A stretch of DNA of 64,000 bases from Saprospira grandis (GCF_027594745.1 NZ_CP110854.1:1180241-1244240), one strand, 5' to 3'; positions 19,501 to 29,635 are shown, numbered from the stretch's first letter. Translations and numbers: made by a program. Notes: generated by a model from the sequence alone, not told the origin.

Positions 19501-20441
19501 TCCTAATTATCCTTGCCTTTTTACTGCCTGTACTGGCTTCGGCCCAACCCAATATTCAGTTTTTGGTAGATAGTACCGAACTTTTGATTGGCGACCAATT
19601 GACGGCTCGGATGCGGCTAGAAAGTCGAGAAGATGTGCTGGTCCGCCTGCCCAACCCTACGGTATATTGGGATGATAACTTAGTGGAAGTCATTCGACTT
19701 TCGGATCAATTGGAGGAGATTAGCCCTGATGGATTAAATAGTTTTGAGAAAAAGATCACTTTTACCTTTTGGGATACGGGCCATTATCAGCTGCCCGATT
19801 TGCCCATTTTGTATCAGAAAGATGGACAAATAGACAGTCTTTGGTTGAAAGTGCCCCTGATTCGGGTCAAGTTTCCGCCGGGCATTCGGGGCGATTCTAG
19901 TTATGTTGCACCGATTAAGGACATTATGGATGAGCCGCAGAATTTTATAGAAAAGCTGCTAGAATGGTTCTTTTTTTATCTGCCAATTGTTGCGGTAGTT
20001 TTTCTCATTTTGTTTGCTAGTGTCTTGGGCTTTTTGGCCTATTTGCTCTACAAAAAAGCGCAGGCTAGAAGAATCTACAAAACGCCTGAAGAGCGGGCAC
20101 GTATAGCCCTAAAAAAGCTATTGGCCAAGGGCTATTTGGAGCGAGAAGAATGGGCAGAATTTCATACGGGCATCAGTTGGATTATCCGGAGTTATTTGCG
20201 GCTTCGTTTTAGAGTTCGGGCTTTAGAGGCCACCACTAATCAGCTATTGGATCGGCTAAATTATGAGCATCTAGAGCAGAGTTTACTCTTAGAATTGAGA
20301 GAAGTACTAGAAACTGCGGATTTGGTCAAATATGCCAAGGCTTCGCCTTTGGCGGCGGCCAATGATTTTTCCGTGAAATTTATTCATAAAATGTTGGAAT
20401 ATGTAGAGCGGCAGGAAGCCCTCCGCAATAGTTCAAATTAA
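19380..20441 (+). CDS. Bat-operon membrane protein (hypothetical); native start uncertain because the 5' region is occupied by a repeat pair
   Basis: Signal-like segment RRPQLLLIILAFLLPVLASAQ begins near 19478 with no ATG between it and the repeat. The first in-frame ATG (19380) lies inside repeat 7b. One internal TM helix LPIVAVVFLILFASVLGFLAYLLY. The ORF caller's 19137 start is an artefact of the repeat. Confidence 0.5.
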   Translation: MESGGRRPDRGGFAAEGPSEKRAATQPAAKAAGLQRRPQLLLIILAFLLPVLASAQPNIQFLVDSTELLIGDQLTARMRLESREDVLVRLPNPTVYWDDNLVEVIRLSDQLEEISPDGLNSFEKKITFTFWDTGHYQLPDLPILYQKDGQIDSLWLKVPLIRVKFPPGIRGDSSYVAPIKDIMDEPQNFIEKLLEWFFFYLPIVAVVFLILFASVLGFLAYLLYKKAQARRIYKTPEERARIALKKLLAKGYLEREEWAEFHTGISWIIRSYLRLRFRVRALEATTNQLLDRLNYEHLEQSLLLELREVLETADLVKYAKASPLAAANDFSVKFIHKMLEYVERQEALRNSSN

Positions 20442-20449
20442 GCAAAAGC

Positions 20450-21451
20450 ATGTCCGGTCTTTCATCTATTATATTTGCACAAGCTTGGGTCTTGCTTCTT
20501 TTGCCCTTACTGCCTTTGTTTTGGTATTGGCGGAAGCGGAGGTCCTATTATGCTGACTTAGAGTTATCTCCTACGGCGGGTTTGGGCCCGGCGCAGAGTT
20601 GGCGAAGTCGTTTGCGGCCCATATTGCCTTGGTTGCAGCTCTTTGTTTTGGGGAGTTTGGTTTTGGCCTTGGCCCGTCCGCAGAAAGTCTTGGTCAAGGA
20701 AAACATCAAGGCAGATGGCATTGACATTGTGGTAGCCTTAGATGTATCGAGTAGTATGTTGGCTCGGGACTTTAAGGAAGACCGTTTGGATGCTTCTAAG
20801 CGGGTGGTGCAGAGCTTTGTTGACCAGCGGCCCTACGATCGTTTGGGCTTGGTGCTCTTTGCGGGCCGCAGCTACACCCAATGTCCGCTAACGACCGATC
20901 ATGGCATGCTCAAGCAGCTGATTAGTCGGGTAGAATGTGGCTTAATTGAAGAGGGGACAGCCATTGGGATGGGCTTGGCCAATGCGGTTCGGCGTTTACA
21001 AAAAAGCCAGGTCAAGAGCAAAGTTATCATCTTATTGACCGATGGAGTGAATAACTCGGGGAAAATTCCGCCTTTGGTGGCCGTAGAAGCCGCCAAAAAG
21101 CTGGGGATAAAGGTCTATACCATTGGGGTAGGGACCAGAGGGCGGGCCTTGGCGCCTATTTACCGCAAGGCCAATGGCAGCTTTGTATTTAGCCCCACCG
21201 AGGTAGAAATTGACGAAAAGCTTTTGCAGCAGATTGCAGAAAGCACCAAAGGGCTTTATTTTCGGGCCACAGATGAAAAAAGCCTAGAGAAAATTTATGC
21301 TCAGATTGACAAACTGGAGCGCTCTAAAATTGAGAAAGAGACCTTTATTCGTCATCGGGAATTGTACCAATACTTTCTCTTTTTAGCAGTGGTTTTACTG
21401 CTCCTTCATCTTATTCTTCAACAAACGGTATTGCGTAGCATCGTCCAATAG
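20450..21451 (+). CDS. batA: BatA-like von Willebrand factor A domain membrane protein
   Basis: N-terminal TM, then vWA MIDAS motif VVALDVSSSM and C-terminal TM. Bat operon context. Confidence 0.8.
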   Translation: MSGLSSIIFAQAWVLLLLPLLPLFWYWRKRRSYYADLELSPTAGLGPAQSWRSRLRPILPWLQLFVLGSLVLALARPQKVLVKENIKADGIDIVVALDVSSSMLARDFKEDRLDASKRVVQSFVDQRPYDRLGLVLFAGRSYTQCPLTTDHGMLKQLISRVECGLIEEGTAIGMGLANAVRRLQKSQVKSKVIILLTDGVNNSGKIPPLVAVEAAKKLGIKVYTIGVGTRGRALAPIYRKANGSFVFSPTEVEIDEKLLQQIAESTKGLYFRATDEKSLEKIYAQIDKLERSKIEKETFIRHRELYQYFLFLAVVLLLLHLILQQTVLRSIVQ

Positions 21452-21460
21452 TCTTTTATT

Positions 21461-22471
21461 ATGCAGTTTGAATCACCCAGTTTGCTGGCCCTACTAGTCT
21501 GCATTCCCCTAATTATTATATTATTTATTAGGGCGCAGCGGCTCAATGCCCAAATTAGAGCTCGTTTTGGCAGTTGGACAGCCTTTCAGCGGATGATCCC
21601 TGCTTTTGCTCCTGGCCGCAACAAGCTCAAGTTTGTGCTTTCTGTTTTGGCCCTTTCGCTAATGATTTTGGCCTGGGCCAACCCGAGGATGGGCAGCCGC
21701 AGCCGCAAAGTAGAGCGGGCCGGAGTAGATGTTTATTTGGCCCTTGATTTATCTAGAAGTATGTGGGCCAAAGATGTGCAGCCCAAGGGCATGGACCGTT
21801 TGGAGAAGGCCCGTCTGTTTAGTTTAGATTTACTGCAGGGTTTGGCCAATAATCGGGTGGGGCTTATCTTCTTTGCTGGAGAGGCTTTTTTGCAAATGCC
21901 GCTTACTTTGGACCATAGTTCGGCCCAGGTATTTCTTTATAATGGCTTGGAAGAAGTAGAACTCATGCAAGGCAGTATGCCAGAGAAAGTCTTGGAGCTG
22001 GTCCAAAAATCAGAAATACAGCCAGATGGTAAACAGCATCAAAAAGCGGTTATTTTTGTTAGTGATGGAGAAGAACACAACCCCAAAACCTTAGAGGCGG
22101 CCAAAGCCGCCCGCAAAAATGGGGTATTTAGTTATACTATTAGTGTGGGCTCTAGCCAAGGGGCCAAAATTCCACTACAAAGAGAAAATGAACTGGGTTT
22201 TCATAGAGATAAGCGAGGAGAAGAAGTAGTGACCGCTACCAACAAAAAGATGCTGGCCGAATTGGCCAAAGTAGGGGGCGGCCGAGCCTTTGATATTGAC
22301 CAAGGGAAAAATATCTTGCCCGCCTTGCTCAAAGACTTTAAGAAGTTGGAGCAACAAGAGTTTGATGAATTGCAATATGACGATTTTGACAGCTACTATC
22401 AGTATTTGTTGGCTCCTGCCCTACTCCTTCTCCTCTTTGAGTTTTTTCTGGCCTACCGCAAAAAATCATAA
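21461..22471 (+). CDS. batB: BatB-like vWA domain protein
   Basis: YLALDLSRSMWAKDV MIDAS motif, N- and C-terminal TM segments. Confidence 0.8.
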   Translation: MQFESPSLLALLVCIPLIIILFIRAQRLNAQIRARFGSWTAFQRMIPAFAPGRNKLKFVLSVLALSLMILAWANPRMGSRSRKVERAGVDVYLALDLSRSMWAKDVQPKGMDRLEKARLFSLDLLQGLANNRVGLIFFAGEAFLQMPLTLDHSSAQVFLYNGLEEVELMQGSMPEKVLELVQKSEIQPDGKQHQKAVIFVSDGEEHNPKTLEAAKAARKNGVFSYTISVGSSQGAKIPLQRENELGFHRDKRGEEVVTATNKKMLAELAKVGGGRAFDIDQGKNILPALLKDFKKLEQQEFDELQYDDFDSYYQYLLAPALLLLLFEFFLAYRKKS

Positions 22472-22474
22472 GCG

Positions 22475-23092
22475 ATGAGAGTAATTATTTTTCTGCTTCT
22501 TGCGCTCCCTTTGGGGCTATTGGCCCAAGAATCTTCTCGGAAGAACTTGATTGAAGGCAATAAGCACTATCGGCTGGGCGAACAAGAAAAGGCAGGGCAA
22601 AGTTATCAGAAAGCCCTACAAACCGATGAAAACAATAGCAAGGCCTGGTACAACCTAGGCAATGTCTTTTATCAGGCACAAAATTATGAAGAGGCAGAAC
22701 AGCACTATAAGGAAGCCCTTCAGAAAGCCGATAACCCTGAGCTAGAAGCCCGGGCCTACCATAACCTGGGAAACCTCTACGCCAAAGAGAAAAAACTCAA
22801 AGAGGCCGTAGAAGCCTATAAGAATGCCCTGCGCATTCGGCCCAAAGATGTAGAAACCAAACACAACCTGGCCCAGGTCCTCAGAACGATTAAGCAGCAG
22901 CAACCGCCGCCCCCTAAACCCAAAGACGATAATAAAAAACAGGAGGAAGAACAAGAATCTCCGCCCCCCGATGAAATGTCTAAGGATGAGGTAGAACGCA
23001 TGATGGATATGATTGAGGAGGAAGACAAAGACACCCAAAAGAAGAAGAAAAAGCAACCTAAAAATCGCCAAAATCCAGAAAAAGACTGGTAA
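22475..23092 (+). CDS. batC: BatC-like TPR protein with a Pro/Lys/Glu-rich C-terminal tail
   Basis: TPR repeats (WYNLGNVFYQAQNYEEAEQHYKEAL; YHNLGNLYAKEKKLKEAVEAYKNAL). Low-complexity tail QQPPPPKPKDDNKKQEEE. Confidence 0.75.
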   Translation: MRVIIFLLLALPLGLLAQESSRKNLIEGNKHYRLGEQEKAGQSYQKALQTDENNSKAWYNLGNVFYQAQNYEEAEQHYKEALQKADNPELEARAYHNLGNLYAKEKKLKEAVEAYKNALRIRPKDVETKHNLAQVLRTIKQQQPPPPKPKDDNKKQEEEQESPPPDEMSKDEVERMMDMIEEEDKDTQKKKKKQPKNRQNPEKDW

Positions 23093-23172
23093 GCAAATTG
23101 TATTTATAATGAGCAGAAGGAAGCAGGGCTTCCTTCTACCTTCTATTCTTCATTTTTAAATTCAACTGCATT

Positions 23173-23892
23173 ATGAAAACGCTTTTTAGTACTTTGATGG
23201 GACTCTTTTTTGCACTTGGCCTAGGAGCCCAGTCGCCTACTATCTCTCTGGAAGTTCCTTATGATACCGTAGGGACCGAAGATGTTTTTCAATTGCACTA
23301 CCATATTGAGCAGGGAGAGCAAGTAGAGTTCAAACAGCCCGATTTTGTCGACTTTGAGGTAATTGGCACATCTAGCAGCAGCCAAACCTCTATTATTAAT
23401 GGCCAAAAGACCGCTAAAAAAACCTATAGCTTTAGCCTAAAGCCCCGCTATGCGGGCTATCTGGCCCTACCCTCCGCCACGGCCTATATTGATGGCCAGA
23501 CTTATAGCAGCCCCAATGGGTCTGTATTTGTGGTAGAAGGAGCGCTAAGAGGCAACAGCAAAGGAAATATTTTTGGCAATTCGCCCTTTTCTAATGAGTC
23601 GCCTTTTGGCCAAGGCTTTAATATACAGCCCGATAACTTCAACTTTGATATGGAAGGCTTTGGCGATTTGAGCGATGGCCGCATGCAAGAACTGATGCAA
23701 AAACAAGAGGAACTCATGCGACGCTTGCAAAATCCCGATTCCCTGCTCAAACAACTAGATCCACAACTTAGAAATATGGACCAAGAATTTGAGGAGCTTT
23801 TTCGCCAAATGGAAGACCAATTTCCCGGTTTGCTTGGACCAGATGCCCCCAAAAAGAAACAACCCAAAGAGCAAAAAACCTATCGGCTTTAA
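23173..23892 (+). CDS. Secreted protein resembling the N-terminal module of BatD (short paralogue)
   Basis: Signal peptide. The repeated Greek-key-like pattern (LEVPYDTVGTEDVFQLHY...FEVIGTSSSSQTSIINGQKTAKKTYSFSLKP) parallels the first module of the next gene. Confidence 0.5.
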   Translation: MKTLFSTLMGLFFALGLGAQSPTISLEVPYDTVGTEDVFQLHYHIEQGEQVEFKQPDFVDFEVIGTSSSSQTSIINGQKTAKKTYSFSLKPRYAGYLALPSATAYIDGQTYSSPNGSVFVVEGALRGNSKGNIFGNSPFSNESPFGQGFNIQPDNFNFDMEGFGDLSDGRMQELMQKQEELMRRLQNPDSLLKQLDPQLRNMDQEFEELFRQMEDQFPGLLGPDAPKKKQPKEQKTYRL

Positions 23893-24043
23893 GGGAGGCA
23901 GCCAAGCGCAACTTGGCCTAGCGATGCGGCGGGGTGGCCGAAGGCCAGACCGAGTTTTTTGAGCGTAGCGAAAAAAACGAAGGGCTGAGCAAACTTGCGA
24001 GCCCCAAAGCGTAGCGCCGCAGCTTGCTGCGGAGGCCCCAAAT
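23893..24043 (-). repeat. GC-rich interspersed repeat, copy 8 (reverse)
   Basis: GGCCTAGCGATGCGGCGGGGTGGCCGAAGGCCAGACC...GCAGCTTGCTGCGGAGGCCCCAAATAAAT. Confidence 0.8.
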
Positions 24044-24083
24044 AAATAGATAAGTCAACAACTACCAGATTAAAACTACCGTT

Positions 24084-25835
24084 TTGAAAAGCTACCAACT
24101 AAGTCTACTTCTCCTTAGTTTTTGGGCCATGAGCAGCAGCTTGTTGGCCCAAAAAATCGCTTTTGTAGCCGATTGCAACGCCTCTAAGGTGGTGCTAGGC
24201 AATGCCTTCAGGCTCTCTTTTCGTTTAGAAAATGCCGAAATTAAGAAGATTCGATTTCCAGATTTTGAAGCCCAGGGCTTTCAAATTGTGGAGGGGCCTG
24301 TTAATGAGAGTCGATACACCAATATTAATGGCAACCGCTATACCTTTGAGGCCTATACCTTTAGCTTGGCCCCCAATAATGAGGGCAACTATACGATTGG
24401 GGCCGCAGAAGTGACCACCTATGGCGGTAAGGTCCTGAAAACCATGCCCGTTAAGATCAAGTGCGTGGCCCCAAGTAGTAGCAATGTACAAAGCCTAAAT
24501 GACCACAACCTGCCCCCAGAATTGGCGGGGAAAGTGCTTTTTCGCCTCGAATGTGAAAATCAAGAAGCCGTGGTGGGCGAACAAATCCGACTCAATTATA
24601 AGGTCTACACCCAAATAGATATTTCTAATATTGAGCTGGTCAAGGAACCCGAATTTCCTAAAATGTATACCAGAGAATATCGCTTCTTTGACAAAGATCC
24701 TCGGGTGGAGGTCATCAATGGCCAACAATATGCCACGAAAATCATCTACTCTATGGGGGTTTTTCCAACCAAAAATGGCGAGCTGAGCATCCCCCCCGCC
24801 GAAATCCTAATTAGTGTGGGCCGACAAGATCCCCGCAATCCTTTTGCCAGCCGCAGCCTCAAACAATATCCCCTGCTCAGCCTGCCTAAAACAATTCCCG
24901 TTCGCTCGCTTTCTGGCCAAGATAAAGATTATACCGGGGCCGTGGGCGAATACGATATGGAGCTTTATCTGGAAAAAGATGAAATTACAACCGATGAAGC
25001 CCTAGAACTAGTGATGCGCATTCGAGGCCTAGGCGATATTAAACCCATCACGGCCCCGCCCGTCCATTTTAAGGAGGGCAGCTTTAAGATTTTGGAGGTC
25101 GAACAAAAAGAAGATATCCGAGAAGGGGGCCGAGGCATTGGCGGCGAAAAAACCTTTATCTATAAAATTGACCCGCAAGAAGTGGGGGATTTGAGCTTGC
25201 AGCCCAGCTTTGTCTACTTTGATGTGCGCGACCGAAAATTGATCCGCATAGACAGCAGTCTAGAGGTCAAGGTAAAACAAGGCAAACGCATCCTGAACCA
25301 AGAAGTAGCCGAAACAGCCGTAGATAGCAGCCAAGTATTGAGCATGCAAGCGGCCCTAAAATCGGCAAGTTGGCGGCCAACACCCCAGCCATTTTTTGGT
25401 ACTTACCGCTTTTATCTGCTCAGTGTATTGCCCTTTTTGGCCTTTGGCGGATTCTATTTGCTCCTTTTGGGCCGAAAGAAAAGCCTAGCGCTCAAAGAAA
25501 AACAAGCCCTAAAAAATGCCCCTTACCGACATGCGAAGGAGCAGCTTCAACTAGCCAAAACAGCCCTAAAAACAGACAATGTAGGCGATTTCTACCGGGC
25601 CATTGAAGAGGCCCTAAAAGGCTATATCGGCCTGCAAATGAATATCCCTTTAGGCGAAAGAAGCAAAGAACGCCTGCAAACACTTTTGCCCGAAAAAGAA
25701 GCGCAGGAACTAGGCGAAATCCTTGAGCATTGCGAACAAGCCCTCTTTGCTGGCCAATCGCCCCATAAAACCATGGAAGAACAACTCAAACATAGCCAAA
25801 AGCTCATTAAACAACTCGAAAAACGCCTTGCCTAA
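24084..25835 (+). CDS. batD: BatD-like (oxygen tolerance) protein
   Basis: 583 aa with signal peptide, two tandem BatD-type beta modules, a TM segment (FYLLSVLPFLAFGGFYLLLLG) and a C-terminal helical domain. Position between batC and batE. Confidence 0.7.
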   Translation: MKSYQLSLLLLSFWAMSSSLLAQKIAFVADCNASKVVLGNAFRLSFRLENAEIKKIRFPDFEAQGFQIVEGPVNESRYTNINGNRYTFEAYTFSLAPNNEGNYTIGAAEVTTYGGKVLKTMPVKIKCVAPSSSNVQSLNDHNLPPELAGKVLFRLECENQEAVVGEQIRLNYKVYTQIDISNIELVKEPEFPKMYTREYRFFDKDPRVEVINGQQYATKIIYSMGVFPTKNGELSIPPAEILISVGRQDPRNPFASRSLKQYPLLSLPKTIPVRSLSGQDKDYTGAVGEYDMELYLEKDEITTDEALELVMRIRGLGDIKPITAPPVHFKEGSFKILEVEQKEDIREGGRGIGGEKTFIYKIDPQEVGDLSLQPSFVYFDVRDRKLIRIDSSLEVKVKQGKRILNQEVAETAVDSSQVLSMQAALKSASWRPTPQPFFGTYRFYLLSVLPFLAFGGFYLLLLGRKKSLALKEKQALKNAPYRHAKEQLQLAKTALKTDNVGDFYRAIEEALKGYIGLQMNIPLGERSKERLQTLLPEKEAQELGEILEHCEQALFAGQSPHKTMEEQLKHSQKLIKQLEKRLA

Positions 25836-26599
25836 TGCTACGCCTTTTTAGCCTCATTTTGCTCCTTGCCGTAGCAGCCCCAAGCTGGGCCCAACTGCCC
25901 GACAGCTTGGCCAAACAGTTTGCTATTGGCTATGCCCATTATGAAAAAGGAGACTACGAAAAAGCCCTTTCTGCCTACCAAAAAGCAGCCTTGCCAGGCT
26001 ATTGCTCTGCCGAATTGCAAAATAATTTGGGCCTGACCTACGAAAAATTAGGACAATATGGCCCCGCCGTACTCGCCTTCGAGCGCGCCCTCTTTTGCCA
26101 ACCCCAATTTGGGCCCGCCCAAGCCAACCTTAAGGCCATTGCCAGCAAATTAAGCCGACCCAAAGCTCAAGAAAAAGCTGGCTTTATCTTCCAAACTTGG
26201 GACAATCTAGCCGCCGGCCTCGGTAGCCATTTCTGGGCCTATAGCTTCCTGTTTTTCCTCTTTTTGGCCGCCGGCAGCCTCGCCTACTACCTCTTTGTGC
26301 AACAGAAAAAAGGCAAAACTTGGCTGCTCATCCTACTTAGCCTGCTGCTGGCCTTCTTTAGTTTTATGCTCAGCCGCCGAGCCAATTATCTGCAATTTAA
26401 CCGCCAATGGGCCGTCGTCATGAGCCCAGAAGCCGCCATCCTAGACCAACCCTCTATCCAAGGCAAAGAAGTAGAGCTGGTCGGCAGCGGAAATAAAGCC
26501 CTAATTCTAGAAGAAAAAGAAGATTGGTATTATGTTCGCTTGCCCAATGCCGTACAAGGCTGGATATCGGCCAAATTACTAGAAAAAGTACGCTCCTAA
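25835..26599 (+). CDS. batE: BatE-like TPR + SH3b protein
   Basis: TPR repeat, TM segments and C-terminal SH3b-like WYYVRLPNAVQGWISAKLL. Start overlaps the batD stop. Confidence 0.7.
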   Translation: MLRLFSLILLLAVAAPSWAQLPDSLAKQFAIGYAHYEKGDYEKALSAYQKAALPGYCSAELQNNLGLTYEKLGQYGPAVLAFERALFCQPQFGPAQANLKAIASKLSRPKAQEKAGFIFQTWDNLAAGLGSHFWAYSFLFFLFLAAGSLAYYLFVQQKKGKTWLLILLSLLLAFFSFMLSRRANYLQFNRQWAVVMSPEAAILDQPSIQGKEVELVGSGNKALILEEKEDWYYVRLPNAVQGWISAKLLEKVRS

Positions 26600-26832
26600 T
26601 TTGGGGCCTCCGCAGCAAAGCTGCGGCGGTTACTCCTTTCAGTCGTCGAACTGCGCCCTAAAGGGCTTGTTGTCGTTTCGGGGCTCGCTGATTTTTTTGG
26701 GCCTCCGCAGCAAAGCTGCGGCGCTACGTTTCGGGGCTCGCTATTCGCTCGGCCCTGCGGCAGCAAAGCTGCCTGGGTCTGGCCTTCGGCCACCCCTACA
26801 CATCGCTAGGCCTGCGGCGCTCCGCGCCTGCA
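26597..26832 (+). repeat. GC-rich interspersed repeat, copy 9 (forward; hairpin module duplicated; carries optional module B)
   Basis: TTTGGGGCCTCCGCAGCAAAGCTGCGGCGGTTACTCCTTTCAGTCGTCGAACTGCGCCCTAAAGGGCTTGTTGTCGTTTCGGGGCTCGC...ACATCGCTAGGCCTGCGGCGC. The element starts at the batE stop codon. Confidence 0.85.
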
Positions 26833-26870
26833 TAACGCAAAATATAAGACCTCTTAAAATACTTATCATC

Positions 26871-27602
26871 ATGAAAAATATCTTTTCTCTAAGCCTCATG
26901 GCTGTCCTCATCCTCTTTAGCTTTAGTAGCTGCGATAGCCTACAATCTGCCCTAGATGAGGCCTCAAAACTCAATGGCGGAACCGCCGCCCTTACCCAAG
27001 CCCAAATTGGCGAAGGACTCAAGCAAGCCCTTAAGCAAGGGGCCAGCAAAGGAGCCAGCCAACTGGCCGCCCGCGACGGATTTTTTAAAAATCCTTCGGT
27101 CAAAATCCTCTTTCCCGCCGAGGCCAAACAAGTAGAAAGTCGCCTCCGTGCCCTTGGCGCTGGCAACCTAGTCGATGATGCCATCGAAAAACTAAACCGC
27201 TCGGCAGAAGATGCCTCCAAATCAGCTAAAGACATTTTTGTTAAGGCGATTACCCAAATGACCATCCAAGATGCTACGAATATCCTGATGGGCGACAAAG
27301 ATGCTTGTACCAGCTATCTCAAAAGAACCACCTCCAACCAGTTGTACCAAAGCTTTCAGCCAGTCATCAAAAGATCATTGAATAAAACAGGTGCCCTAAA
27401 CGCCTGGAACAATGTAATGACTCGCTACAATAAAATTCCACTGGTCCAAAAAGTGAACCCCGATCTAGATGATCATGTCACCAATAAAGCCATGGAAGGC
27501 CTATTCAAAATGGTCGAAAAAGAAGAGGCAAATATTCGCGCCAATCCCGTGGCCCGCGCTACCGACCTCATGAAAAAAGTCTTTGCCAAACAAGATAAGT
27601 AG
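26871..27602 (+). CDS. DUF4197-like lipoprotein
   Basis: Lipoprotein signal MKNIFSLSLMAVLILFSFSSC. LKQALKQGASKGASQLAARDGFFKNPSVKILFPAEAK pattern typical of DUF4197. The ORF-track start at 26601 is a repeat-derived extension. Confidence 0.6.
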   Translation: MKNIFSLSLMAVLILFSFSSCDSLQSALDEASKLNGGTAALTQAQIGEGLKQALKQGASKGASQLAARDGFFKNPSVKILFPAEAKQVESRLRALGAGNLVDDAIEKLNRSAEDASKSAKDIFVKAITQMTIQDATNILMGDKDACTSYLKRTTSNQLYQSFQPVIKRSLNKTGALNAWNNVMTRYNKIPLVQKVNPDLDDHVTNKAMEGLFKMVEKEEANIRANPVARATDLMKKVFAKQDK

Positions 27603-27635
27603 CCTTTTTAAGCCCTACTTACGTTAGTAAAAAGA

Positions 27636-27669
27636 GAAGTCAGTTGATCCTCAACTGACTTCTTTTTTG
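27636..27669 (+). terminator. Intrinsic terminator
   Basis: GAAGTCAGTTGA-tcc-TCAACTGACTTC hairpin followed by TTTTTTG. Confidence 0.6.
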
Positions 27670-27724
27670 TTACTTTTGAGCCCCTCGGAGCAAAATGCTC
27701 TAGCCTAGCCTAAAAATAGAATTT

Positions 27725-29626
27725 ATGTTTTATCGCACGCTTTTATACCTTTTGATCTGCTGCCTAAGCAGCCCCGCACTCTTTGCCCAAGGAGTACAGC
27801 TGGTTCCACTAGAAGAAAATTTGGCCCTCAAAAAAAGAAGCCAACTCAAAAATAATCAGGTCTGCCCCAACCTCCAACTGAGCCTCCCCTTCTTCGAGGA
27901 TTTTGCCAATAACCCCAATGGCATTTACCCCGATTGTAGCCGCTGGCAAGATAATCAAGCTTATATCAATGATCAGTTTGGCTATTTGCCCCCCAGCTTA
28001 GGAGTAGCCACTCTAGACGGTTTGGACCAAACTGGCGCTCCCTATGATGCCAATGCTAGCGTCTCTATCCCTGAAGCCGCCGATACCCTTACTTCTCAAG
28101 CTATAGACCTAGACAACCGCAACCTAAGCGACCAAATTGTCCTGAGCTACTTCTATCAGCCCCAAGGCTGGGGCGACCGGCCCGAAGAAGGCGACTCCCT
28201 GCTGCTGGAGTTTTTGGACCAAAACGGCAACTGGCAAGCCGTCCGGGCCCATGCTGGGGTGCCCAGCTCCCTCTCTACTACCGACCTCATTGACTTTGAA
28301 GAAGAATTGGTGGTCCTCGATACCCAATTCCTACATGCTAATTTTCAATTCAGATTTAGAAATTTAGCCACTATTACCGGAAGTAACGACCACTGGAACC
28401 TCGATTATATTTATCTAGATGCCAACCGCGATACCAGCCAAGCTAGCAATTATGCCGATGTGAGCTTTCGCATGCGACCAAAATCTCCTCTGGCCCCCTA
28501 TACCGCAGTGCCTTGGCGCCATTTTGATAATACCCTTTGGTCCGATTCTGTTGTGATGCAGTGCTTTAATCATAATGGCCTATCGGGTACCCTAGACCGC
28601 AGATACCAAGTTTATGATAGCGCACAAACAGGCTTTTTGTTACTCAATAGCCAAGTGCCCGCAACCACCTATGCCCCTAGCCCCAACGCAGACGATGACT
28701 ATCGAGACCTTAGCCTAAATGCTTTTTCGCCCTTTTTGCCTAGCCAAACTACAGAGCTCATCAGCCGCTATATTATTGAAAACCCTAGCGATTTTCAATC
28801 TGCAGCCCGCTATCAGGCCAATGATACCGCCTACCTAAAAACCCAACTCTCGAACTATTTTGCTTATGATGATGCCTCGGCAGAAATGCGCATTATTGTC
28901 CAAGGAATTGGAACCCAACTAGCCGTAGCTTTTCAGGCCCAAGTAGATGATACCCTCAGAGGCATCTATTTTCATTTGCCCTATTTTACCAACCGAGATG
29001 CAGAACTCGACTTTATCAATGTTAAGGTTTGGGAAGACTCTGCGGGCGTTCCTGGTCAAGAACTCTTTTCTAAGGATATTTATAAATTGCGTTATGTAGA
29101 GGGCTTTAATGGCTTTCATTATATGCCCCTCAGTGATTTTGCCGATAGCCTAACGCCTATCGCCCTGGCCGCCGGTAGCCGCTTTCATATTGGCTGGCAA
29201 CAGGCCTCTAGTACACCAGTTCCAGTAGGTTTTGACCGAAATAACAGCGATGCCGAAGCCTTTACTCATGTCAAAGTAGGAGGAAATGCTTGGCAGGATC
29301 TGGCCCTAGGCGGCGCCGTAATGATTCGGCCAGTACTTAGCCCCTCTGCTAATCCGGTGATTGTGTCTAGTACAACAACATTAGCCCCAAAAACAACATT
29401 AAACTGGAAGGTATTCCCCAACCCACTAGCAGAAGTTTTGATGATAGAAGGACTAGAAGAACGACCCCAGGCAGAGCTCCAACTCTATAATAGTTTGGGC
29501 CAGTTGGTGGCCCAAAGTCCCGCCCAAAGCCGCTGGACCCTCCCTCAACTCCCCAGCGGTATTTATTATCTTTCGGTTTGGGAAAATGGCCAATGCCTAG
29601 GCAGTAAAAAGCTATTACAACCCTAA
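27725..29626 (+). CDS. Secreted T9SS cargo protein (unknown N-terminal domains)
   Basis: Signal peptide. C-terminal WKVFPNPLAEVLMIEGLEE...LQLYNSLGQLVAQS...YYLSVWENGQ matches the Por/T9SS sorting domain pattern. Confidence 0.75.
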   Translation: MFYRTLLYLLICCLSSPALFAQGVQLVPLEENLALKKRSQLKNNQVCPNLQLSLPFFEDFANNPNGIYPDCSRWQDNQAYINDQFGYLPPSLGVATLDGLDQTGAPYDANASVSIPEAADTLTSQAIDLDNRNLSDQIVLSYFYQPQGWGDRPEEGDSLLLEFLDQNGNWQAVRAHAGVPSSLSTTDLIDFEEELVVLDTQFLHANFQFRFRNLATITGSNDHWNLDYIYLDANRDTSQASNYADVSFRMRPKSPLAPYTAVPWRHFDNTLWSDSVVMQCFNHNGLSGTLDRRYQVYDSAQTGFLLLNSQVPATTYAPSPNADDDYRDLSLNAFSPFLPSQTTELISRYIIENPSDFQSAARYQANDTAYLKTQLSNYFAYDDASAEMRIIVQGIGTQLAVAFQAQVDDTLRGIYFHLPYFTNRDAELDFINVKVWEDSAGVPGQELFSKDIYKLRYVEGFNGFHYMPLSDFADSLTPIALAAGSRFHIGWQQASSTPVPVGFDRNNSDAEAFTHVKVGGNAWQDLALGGAVMIRPVLSPSANPVIVSSTTTLAPKTTLNWKVFPNPLAEVLMIEGLEERPQAELQLYNSLGQLVAQSPAQSRWTLPQLPSGIYYLSVWENGQCLGSKKLLQP

Positions 29627-29635
29627 GCCCCATTT

